A stretch of 63,643 nucleotides of DNA from Bacteroidales bacterium. GTDB taxonomy: Bacteria; Bacteroidota; Bacteroidia; Bacteroidales; JAFGHD01. The translations under genes were made by a program, and so were the position numbers. This document shows positions 1 to 8,722 of the stretch, piece after piece. The notes under the pieces were generated by a model. It did no database searches and was not told the DNA's origin. It saw only the letters and a list, made by a program, of their open reading frames with translations. Numbering within the stretch: position 1 is the stretch's first letter; every line of letters starts with the position of its first letter. Where the stretch lies: assembly GCA_016927695.1 (NCBI GenBank), contig JAFGME010000037.1, positions 1-63,643 on the forward strand. The letters are read 5' to 3'.

Positions 1-344
1 CCTCCGAACGACATTTTCCCTATTCCTATCGCAACTATCGCCCCGATGAGCAAAATCCACCACGGAAGGTTCGACGGCACATTAAAGGCAAGCAAAACAC
101 CGGTGACCAGGGCAGACCCATCGGTGATGGTGACTTCCGTTTTCATCAGGTACCTCTGTATGACGTACTCAACAGCCAGACAGGAAACCACGGAAATGGC
201 GATCACCCTGAAAGCATCCAGTCCGAAAAAATAAACGGAGATCAAAGCGGCAGGCACCATCGCATAAACAACACCGTACATTATTTTTTTGGTACTGTTG
301 CCGGTATGCACATGCGGAGACCCTGATATCGTCAATACATTCAT
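1..344 (-). CDS. rnfD: Rnf electron transport complex subunit D (5' part; runs off window start)
   Basis: Manual translation from ATG at 344: MNVLTISGSPHVHTGNSTKKIMYGVVYAMVPAALISVYFFG...DGSALVTGVLLAFNVPSNLPWW; directly downstream of rnfC. Confidence 0.93.
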   Translation of the reverse strand, partial: MNVLTISGSPHVHTGNSTKKIMYGVVYAMVPAALISVYFFGLDAFRVIAISVVSCLAVEYVIQRYLMKTEVTITDGSALVTGVLLAFNVPSNLPWWILLIGAIVAIGIGKMSFG

Positions 345-394
345 CTTGTTACAGTTACAGTTTAATATATTTCAACCCTGACATTTTTACTGAT

Positions 395-1729
395 CTATTT
401 CTTTGCACGGTTCCGGATCATCAGACCGACACGGCTTTTACCGACCCTGATATAATCCAGGAGCGGCCTGCCAGCCGGGCAGGTATAATGACATGATCCG
501 CATTCAATGCAATCCATTACCCTTTCCTTTTCGGCCCGTTCAAAATCTTCCACCAGCACGAGTTTTTCTATCAGCCAGGGCTCAAGGCCCATCGGGCAGG
601 CGGTGATGCATTTGGCGCAACGGATGCAGTTCATGGGTTCTTCCCTGAGGCTTTCGGCCTGCGGCATGATCAGGATTCCGGAAGTACCTTTTATTACGGG
701 AACTTCCAGGCCGGTCATCGCCTTGCCCATCATGGGCCCTCCGCCGATGATCTTGCCGGTGTCGCCGGGCAACCCTCCTGAAGCTTCAATGAGCGCTGAA
801 ACGGGTGTACCGATGCGGACAAGGAAATTGGAAGGTTTCTTCACCGATTTCCCGGTGAGTGTGACCACCCTTTCAAATAAAGGCTTGTTTTTCTGAACCG
901 CTTCATAAACCGCAAAGGCTGTACCCGCATTGTTCACCACGGCGCCCACCTCAATGGGAAGTTTGCCCGAGGGCACTTCACGGCCCGTCATGGCTTTGAT
1001 GAGCTGCTTTTCAGCGCCCTGCGGGTACTTCACCCTGAGGGCCTGCACCTCTATTCCCTCGTATTTACCGGCAAGTCCGCTGAGGTATTCAATGGCATCC
1101 GGTTTATTGTTCTCAATGCCGATGAATGCCCTGTTCACGCCCAGGCCTTTCATCAGGATTTTGGCGCCGATCATGATCTGCTCGCCCTTTTCCATCATCA
1201 GCCTGTGGTCGGAGGTCAGATAAGGTTCACATTCAACGCCGTTGATGATCAGCACTTCAGCCTTCTTACCGTCGGGCACCATGAGTTTTACATGCGACGG
1301 GAAAGTAGCCCCGCCTAACCCTACGATGCCCATCTCGCTGATCTTTGCTATGATCTCTTTTTGGGAGAGGGAAAAATCGCGGACGATGGCTTCACTCCTG
1401 TCAATGCTTTCGAGCCATTCGTCGCCCTCCACATCGATCACAACAGTTGGCCTTTTATAACCGCCCGTATCGGCAATTTCATCTATCCTGGCTACTTTGC
1501 CCGACACTGACGAGTGTATGTTTGCGGAGATGAAAGCTTCACCTTTGGCAATGAGCTGCCCGGTTTTCACCGTATCGCCTTTGGCAACCACGGCTTTTGC
1601 CGGAGCGCCCAAATGCTGGGACAGAGGTATAAAAACCTTTGGCGGTATGGCAAGAACCTCGATTTCCTGTTTTTCCGATATCTTGTTCTCGGGGGGATGA
1701 ATCCCGCCCATTCTGAAGGTCTTTAACAT
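395..1729 (-). CDS. rnfC: Rnf electron transport complex subunit C
   Basis: GGIHPPENK N-terminus, GIVGLGGATFPSHVK, INGVECEPYLTSDHRLM, and two ferredoxin motifs (CIRCAKCITACP, CIECGSCHYTCP). Confidence 0.97.
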   Translation of the reverse strand: MLKTFRMGGIHPPENKISEKQEIEVLAIPPKVFIPLSQHLGAPAKAVVAKGDTVKTGQLIAKGEAFISANIHSSVSGKVARIDEIADTGGYKRPTVVIDVEGDEWLESIDRSEAIVRDFSLSQKEIIAKISEMGIVGLGGATFPSHVKLMVPDGKKAEVLIINGVECEPYLTSDHRLMMEKGEQIMIGAKILMKGLGVNRAFIGIENNKPDAIEYLSGLAGKYEGIEVQALRVKYPQGAEKQLIKAMTGREVPSGKLPIEVGAVVNNAGTAFAVYEAVQKNKPLFERVVTLTGKSVKKPSNFLVRIGTPVSALIEASGGLPGDTGKIIGGGPMMGKAMTGLEVPVIKGTSGILIMPQAESLREEPMNCIRCAKCITACPMGLEPWLIEKLVLVEDFERAEKERVMDCIECGSCHYTCPAGRPLLDYIRVGKSRVGLMIRNRAKK

Positions 1730-1744
1730 TCCCGGAGTATTTTT

Positions 1745-2701
1745 TTATTCTTTAATATTCTGATTGTCTTTCTGTTTACTTTCCGTTTCCGGCACAGGGG
1801 CTTCCGGAGGTTTGGCAGCAGCGGTATCTTTTTCAGCGGATTTTTCATCCCCGGTTTCTTCTGTGGCTTTCCTTGGCGGGAAATTCAGCTCATGGATGGC
1901 CTCCGTCGGGCACACAACCACACATTTGCGACACAGTTTGCATTTTTCAGCATCGATATAGGCCAGGTTATTCTCAAGGGTGATGGCATCGAAAGGACAC
2001 ACTTTTACGCATTTACCGCAGCCGATGCATGCCACCGAGCAGTTTTTCCGGGCAATACCGCCTTTTTCTTCATTCACACAGCAGACATAAATCCTTCTGT
2101 CCTTTTTACCTTTGGGCCTCAGTTCAATGATGTCCCTGGGGCAGGCCTCCACGCAGGCTCCGCAGGCCACGCACTTGTCGTTCACGACGGGAAGTCCGGT
2201 TTCAGGATCCATGTGTATGGCATCGAAAAGGCAGGCTCTTACACAGTCGCCCAATCCGAGGCAACCGTGGGGGCAGCCGCTCTCTCCCGAAAAAAGGCTG
2301 TGCGCAAAATAACAGGTGGTGGCGCCTTCAAACCTGACTTTTTGCGGGGCGTTGGCCTTTGATCCGTTGCACCTTACCACCGCAATCTTCGGGTCCACGG
2401 CGTTTGCTTCCAGACCTAACACCGCTGCCACCTGGGCCATAACATCATTGCCTCCCACAGGGCAGTTCAGCCCTTCAATACTTTTCTTCTCATGGCCCTG
2501 CTTCACGATGGCTTCAGCAAAAGCGCGGCAGCCTGCAAATCCGCAACCTCCGCAATTGGCGCCCGGCAATGTCTTCTCCACTTCATCAATCTTCGGATCC
2601 TCAAAAACCTTAAACTTACGAGCCACGAAATAGAGGATAATGGCAGCGGCAGAACCCAGTGCAGCCAGGGATACGACAGAGTAAACAACTACATCATTCA
2701 C
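1745..2701 (-). CDS. rnfB: Rnf electron transport complex subunit B (polyferredoxin)
   Basis: N-terminal [16 protein letters not shown], multiple CxxCxxCxxxCP motifs; GTG start; rnfB-C-D order as in Bacteroidales. Confidence 0.95.
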   Translation of the reverse strand: MNDVVVYSVVSLAALGSAAAIILYFVARKFKVFEDPKIDEVEKTLPGANCGGCGFAGCRAFAEAIVKQGHEKKSIEGLNCPVGGNDVMAQVAAVLGLEANAVDPKIAVVRCNGSKANAPQKVRFEGATTCYFAHSLFSGESGCPHGCLGLGDCVRACLFDAIHMDPETGLPVVNDKCVACGACVEACPRDIIELRPKGKKDRRIYVCCVNEEKGGIARKNCSVACIGCGKCVKVCPFDAITLENNLAYIDAEKCKLCRKCVVVCPTEAIHELNFPPRKATEETGDEKSAEKDTAAAKPPEAPVPETESKQKDNQNIKE

Positions 2702-2739
2702 TTTGATATTCTGTTTTAATGTTATTTGAATAACGGAGG

Positions 2740-2747
2740 CAAATGTA
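2740..2747 (-). promoter_or_regulatory. Bacteroidota -7 promoter element upstream of rnfB
   Basis: TACATTTG on the minus strand matches TAnnTTTG, ~40 nt before the start. Confidence 0.65.
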
Positions 2748-2999
2748 AAAACAAATCAGAAAGTTGAAAATGTTTTGATAAGAAAAAATGGAGCCCGAAA
2801 ACAGTTTGTAATCGTTCTAAATACAAGGGATGGAATTCATAAACCGGAAGCCGGTATCCGGAATGGGACACATGTAGCAGGAGATTTGCCACCAGGCTGA
2901 TATTCTTTATTAAGTCTGTATTAAAATCGATTTTCCGAACCTGACATGATGAATGGACAATGAATTGTTTTTTGTGAACTTTAGTTTACCATTGTCAGC

Positions 3000-4554
<1,555 letters not shown>

Positions 4555-4558
<4 letters not shown>

Positions 4559-5328
4559 TTGGAATTCTTTAAAATCTGATCATTCATTTGCAATTTAACA
4601 TCAGGGTTATTCATGATGTATTGCAATATATCCTTGGTTGAAAAGGCAGGATTTATCTCAAAAAGCGCTTTGTACATTTCCCGGGCCAGGCCAAAATCTG
4701 TTTCTGTGTCAACTGTAAGCCTTATGTCCTTTTTAGTGAAAAATGGATCAGGTGCATTTATCTTCTGTATACTGAACAAATCAGGATGTGTATAAATATA
4801 ATTGGTTACATGTTCCCTGTACACAGGTTTATCAGTTAGGTCCTGAATTTTTTTCAAAGCCGATGTACTCACTACTTCACCCCAAAAACCAAGATGGGAT
4901 TTGATTGATGGCAGATCGCCGTCAAGATAATAAGCGGTATAATCATGCAAATCTCCTTCATGGTAATCTAACAACTTCATAGTGCCTACTGCATCAAAAA
5001 ACGGATTATCAGCACAGATCCTTACAATTTGATCCAAACCATAAAAATCTGCGGCATCAATAAAGCGATGCAGAACATCAGACTCAGACCCCTTGAACCC
5101 TTCAATTTTATATTTATCAGCATATCTGAGGACTTCCAGATCGATCAATCTGGTTGTTGTGGCGAGAATTATTTTAATGCTGTTCTTTACCTGCGATGTA
5201 ATACTTGACATAAGGATATCCAGTATTGAATCATTTTTATAGAAGGGTAACAGAAGTTTCCTCGGAAACCTTGAAGAAGCTGCCCTCGCCTGAATAATTA
5301 TTCCCGTATTTTTTGCTTTCTCTGACAA
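4555..5328 (-). CDS. Cytidylyltransferase family protein (SpsF/CMP-nonulosonate synthetase-like)
   Basis: IIIQARAASSRFPRK, GSESDVLHRF, VRICADNPF, REHVT, RLTVDTETD; TTG start uncertain. Confidence 0.85.
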
Positions 5329-5387
5329 TTGATGAACCGGATAAAAAACAAATTTAAAACTTTAATAAACGATATCAATTTTTTTTG

Positions 5388-5395
5388 TATATTTG
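5388..5395 (+). promoter_or_regulatory. Bacteroidota -7 promoter element for the FG-GAP gene
   Basis: TATATTTG 27 nt before ATG 5422; argues for a start at 5422 rather than 5329. Confidence 0.6.
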
Positions 5396-5421
5396 TTACG
5401 GGAGCCAAAAATGAAATTATT

Positions 5422-7425
5422 ATGAACGCAATGCATTCATTCATATTTTTTTTCACTTTAATTTTTAGTGTTAATAATGCGATTGCACAATTTGACACAG
5501 TTGTATCTTTTCAAAAAATCTCTGAGACAAGCGGCAATTTTACCGGCCAGCTCAGCAATGAAGATCACTTTTCAAGAGTTGCCAGTATTGGTGATTTGGA
5601 TGATGATGGAATTCCGGACATTGCAGTGGGTGCATTCGCAGATGATGATGGAGGCATCGATAGAGGTGCTGTGTGGATTCTTTTTCTAAACAGCAATGGA
5701 ACCGTGAAGAATCATCAGAAAATCAGTTCCACGGAGGGAAATTTCACCGGAATTCTGGATGACCAGGATTTTTTTGGGAATTCAGTTGCTGGGATTGGCG
5801 ATCTTGACAATGATAATGTTGAAGATATTGCTATTGGAGCATCCTTCGATGATGATGGTGGTTACAACACAGGAGCAGTTTGGATATTATTTTTAAACTC
5901 CAACGGCACAGTAAAAAACTATCAGAAAATCAGCAACTTTGAAGGGTATTTCAACGGGTATCTTGATGTAAATGATTGGTTTGGCCTCTGGGTCTCAAAC
6001 ATAGGTGATTTTGATAACGATGGAGTTGCTGATATTGCTGTTGGTGCAACCGGGGATTCTGATGGCGGAGGTGAAAACACAGGCGCTCTGTGGATTCTGT
6101 TTCTGAATTCTAATGGAAGTGTAAAAAGCAGCCAAAAAATCAATAAGTATTTCGGAGGTTTTACAGGCAATCTTGACCCTGGTGACAGGTTCGGCAGAAG
6201 CTGTACCTGCTTGGGTGACCTTGATGGAGATAATATAAAGGATCTGGCGGTTGCTGCCCACTTTGATGATGACGGGGGAACTGACAGAGGAGCAGTCTGG
6301 GTGCTTTTCATGAATCCTGATGGAACAGTAAAAAGTCATCAAAAGATAAGCAATACTCAGGGAAACTTCTACGGAGTATTGGATGATAATGACCAGTTTG
6401 GAATCTGTTCCACCCTGTTGGGCGATATTGATGGAGATGGAGTTGTTGATGTTATGGTCAGCAATCAGTTTGACGACGATGGTGGTTATAACCGAGGGGC
6501 TGCCTGGTGCCTGTTCTTAAACACGAACGGCACAGTAAAGGGATTTCAGAAAATAAGCGATACAGAGGGTAATTTTAATGCCAACCTTGAAAATGAAGAT
6601 TGTTTTGGTGCAACCTCAAAACTGATCGGAGATATAAATAACGATAACAAACTTGAAATAGCTATTGCTGCAGCTTATGATGATGATGGCGGCAGCAACA
6701 AAGGTGGTGTATATATCGTTTCGATCGAATCATTCTTTTCTCCCAATATCACGGTCGATGTAAAAGTATACCTTGAGGGACCTTATAATGGAACGATTAT
6801 GATGCCTGTGTTAAACTTTCTCGGATTTCTTCCTCTTAGCCATCCTTATAATACTCCTCCCTGGAACTACAACGGGACCGAGAGCGTTGCGTCCATACCT
6901 TCCTATAATATTGTGGACTGGATACTGCTTGAGATCAGGGAATCGACGGGAAGTGCTGTCACGGCTACTACCGATTCCATTCTGTTCAGAAGGGCTGGAT
7001 TCCTTACTTCACAAGGTCAAATTCGCGATATTGATGGAACAGGTCTCATTTCATCCGGTCAGGAAGCAGCAGGCAACCTGTATGCAGTGGTTCACCACAG
7101 AAACCACCTTGCTGTTATGTCGGCCTTTCCAATGAATGGATACAACGGTATTTATACATATGATTTTTCTTCCGGTGTCACCCAGGCTTTAGGGAACTCA
7201 AGCGCTCATAAAAATCTGGGCGGAGGTGTTTATGGTATGTTCGGCGGTGATGGCGATGGAGATGGACAAACGCAAAACCCGGATAAAATAGAAGTCTGGA
7301 ACATTCAATCCGGATTGGAAGGATATTTGGGTGGCGACTTCGACATGGACGGGCAGGTAAAGAACCAGGATAAGATCGAAGTGTGGCAGATGAATGTGGG
7401 GAGGGGATCACAGATCGTTCAGTGA
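5422..7425 (+). CDS. Secreted FG-GAP/integrin-alpha-like beta-propeller protein with C-terminal EGP-HRNHL-dockerin-like module
   Basis: Signal peptide; repeated GDLDxDGxxDIAVGA..DDDGG..GAVWILFLNSNGTVK..QKIS units; C-terminal LEGPY...HRNHL...GDGDGDGQ...GDFDMDGQV. Confidence 0.85.
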   Translation: MNAMHSFIFFFTLIFSVNNAIAQFDTVVSFQKISETSGNFTGQLSNEDHFSRVASIGDLDDDGIPDIAVGAFADDDGGIDRGAVWILFLNSNGTVKNHQKISSTEGNFTGILDDQDFFGNSVAGIGDLDNDNVEDIAIGASFDDDGGYNTGAVWILFLNSNGTVKNYQKISNFEGYFNGYLDVNDWFGLWVSNIGDFDNDGVADIAVGATGDSDGGGENTGALWILFLNSNGSVKSSQKINKYFGGFTGNLDPGDRFGRSCTCLGDLDGDNIKDLAVAAHFDDDGGTDRGAVWVLFMNPDGTVKSHQKISNTQGNFYGVLDDNDQFGICSTLLGDIDGDGVVDVMVSNQFDDDGGYNRGAAWCLFLNTNGTVKGFQKISDTEGNFNANLENEDCFGATSKLIGDINNDNKLEIAIAAAYDDDGGSNKGGVYIVSIESFFSPNITVDVKVYLEGPYNGTIMMPVLNFLGFLPLSHPYNTPPWNYNGTESVASIPSYNIVDWILLEIRESTGSAVTATTDSILFRRAGFLTSQGQIRDIDGTGLISSGQEAAGNLYAVVHHRNHLAVMSAFPMNGYNGIYTYDFSSGVTQALGNSSAHKNLGGGVYGMFGGDGDGDGQTQNPDKIEVWNIQSGLEGYLGGDFDMDGQVKNQDKIEVWQMNVGRGSQIVQ

Positions 7426-7486
7426 GGGTTCAACGTGTACTCAGAGCGCTGAGCAGTGATAATATCACCCCATATTGACCCACCCA

Positions 7487-7570
7487 TTACCGGAATCTGA
7501 AACATATTTTAGTACAACCCGTAACAGGGCTCCATGTACTTCCAGTCCATTCAATTTTTGTTGTGGCCAT
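7487..7570 (-). pseudogene. Truncated phage Gp37/Gp68-family (DUF5131) gene
   Basis: MATTKIEWTGSTWSPVTGCTKIC... matches the family N-terminus (TKIEWT..TWNPVTGCTKIS), then stops after 27 aa. Confidence 0.7.
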
Positions 7571-7632
7571 GATTAATTATTATTGTGAAATTTATCCTCC
7601 TCCCATTTTTTGGGATTATACTGCATTTATTA

Positions 7633-7704
7633 TTATTTTTTAAATTCAAATTCTTCACTCAATATGGCTGCCGGTAAAGCTTCAATGGCTTCGGGTAGCT
7701 GCTG
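7633..7704 (-). pseudogene. Possible C-terminal remnant of a type I restriction specificity subunit (HsdS)
   Basis: QQLPEAIEALPAAILSEEFEFKK* resembles the HsdS terminal helix; short match only. Confidence 0.35.
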
Positions 7705-7766
7705 ATACTCATGTGTCGTCGCAGGCCTGATAAAACAATCATTCAGGCTTTGCTGCGAAAAATCAA

Positions 7767-7954
7767 TAATAATGGGCTGATTACTCCGTATTGCGGACTT
7801 CCCCCTGTCCTTTTCCTATCCTCGCCTTCTTTTGTCCGGACAGGAGCTTTCAACCATCGTTCACAATAAATCAGTTTGTGACGCTTGTTAGTGTATTTGC
7901 CCAAATGCGGATCATGTGGCCATGATCGATGTGGTCAGAACAAAATGCAGAAAT
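7767..7954 (-). pseudogene. Group II intron reverse transcriptase fragment (RT3-RT4)
   Basis: ISAFCSDHIDHGHMIRI / frameshift / GKYTNKRHKLIYCERWLKAPVRTKEGEDRKRTGGSPQYGVISPLL; degenerate FFDxIDH, WLKAP and PQGGVISPLL motifs. Confidence 0.8.
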
Positions 7955-8066
7955 TTTATACCCTGTAAGTTTAACTGCAATATGTTAATATTCCGTTGTG
8001 GCGAAAGCAGAAGATTATTACACTCTGACGGCTATTGTTCTAACATGTATAATAACAGGAAAGCCA

Positions 8067-8297
8067 TAAAACCTTATTTTATTTCCCCAACCTTAGTAAC
8101 AGGGAGAATCCAAAAATTCCCACGACCTTATTACCTTATTATTGTCAAAATAAACATCGAACGCAACAACCTTCGAAGAAGAATACAGTGATTTTCTTCA
8201 TGAATATCAAAAAACACTGAAACCTAAAATAAGGGAATAAGGTTTTAATCCTTACGATTACCTATTCTACTAAGGTTGAAAAATAATAAGGTTTTTA
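8067..8297. mobile_element. ~230-bp non-autonomous element with mirrored repeats and a probable IS200-like (Y1) transposase C-terminal remnant
   Basis: Four ACCTTA(T/G)T motifs on the left (8071, 8090, 8125, 8133) mirrored by four on the right (8228, 8236, 8269, 8285); 8163-8240 reads ATTFEEEYSDFLHEYQKTLKPKIRE*. Confidence 0.6.
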
Positions 8298-8480
8298 AAA
8301 TTTTACTGCCAATAAGATAAATACCGGCATCTCATTGTAAACAAACATGAGTGTCCGTAAAGGCAAAATCAGGTATCTCTCTGGTGACATGATTGGAATC
8401 TCCTGGTGGTTGAAAATTTTTGGCAGATACTGCCGGTTCAACAAAATGCATGGTTTTATTCCGTTTGTTGTATAATTCCT

Positions 8481-8632
8481 GGCGTACTTGTATTCCCTGC
8501 TAAAATCTTTCGTTCACCCTGTTAAATCCACTTTGTGGAAGGCTGCGCCATATTTAACAGGGTAAATTGAAAAATCTCAAGTAAAAGATCGCAGCAGGCT
8601 TTATTTACCGTTAAATCATAATGCAAACCCAT
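8481..8632 (-). pseudogene. Avd-like four-helix-bundle gene remnant (DGR accessory protein), disrupted and truncated
   Basis: MGLHYDLTVNKACCDLLLEIFQF, and after removing the 50-bp insert TKDFSREYKYA; resembles the Bacteroidota four-helix-bundle N-terminus (YxxLPVYKAxYDLLLEIFxFTKDFxREYKY); ~90 nt after the FISUMP gene stop. Confidence 0.75.
8513..8562. repeat. 50-bp palindromic miniature insertion (REP/MITE-like)
   Basis: ACCCTGTTAAAT (8516-8527) and ATTTAACAGGGT (8552-8563) form a perfect 12-bp inverted repeat; inner TCCAC-TTT-GTGGA hairpin; removing it restores the avd-like frame. Confidence 0.8.
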
Positions 8633-8650
8633 TATCCGATAAAAACTTCG

Positions 8651-8696
8651 ATCCCGCCTCTGGCGGGATACCCCACCCTTCGGCTTCGCTCAGGGT
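8651..8696. repeat. Two GC-rich hairpins downstream of the FISUMP gene
   Basis: ATCCCGCC-TCT-GGCGGGAT (8651-8669, perfect 8-bp stem) and REP-like ACCCT-TCGGCTTCGCTC-AGGGT (8675-8696). Confidence 0.75.
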
Positions 8697-8722
8697 AAAA
8701 ATTGTCAAATAGACAAAGCGTC

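Noticed and set aside
2972-2992. Rex box upstream of the rnf operon (TTGTGAA...)
   Set aside because: Only one half-site matches at canonical spacing.
5560-6720. Periodic DNA repeats as a CRISPR array
   Set aside because: They are degenerate in-frame FG-GAP coding repeats; there are no identical repeats with unique spacers and no cas genes.
7767-7954. RT fragment downstream of avd as the DGR reverse transcriptase
   Set aside because: Its motifs (WLKAP, PQxGVISPLL) are group II intron type; DGR RTs typically have GLPIGNLTSQ-like RT4.
7916-8191. 91-aa plus-strand ORF
   Set aside because: It overlaps the antisense RT remnant and the mirrored-repeat element and has no protein-like motifs.
7426-8722. 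A DGR template repeat in the intergenic DNA
   Set aside because: I found no AAC-rich copy of the VR and no TGGTGGTCTTCT or AGTGTCCGTTGC match here or in 11360-13220 by eye.
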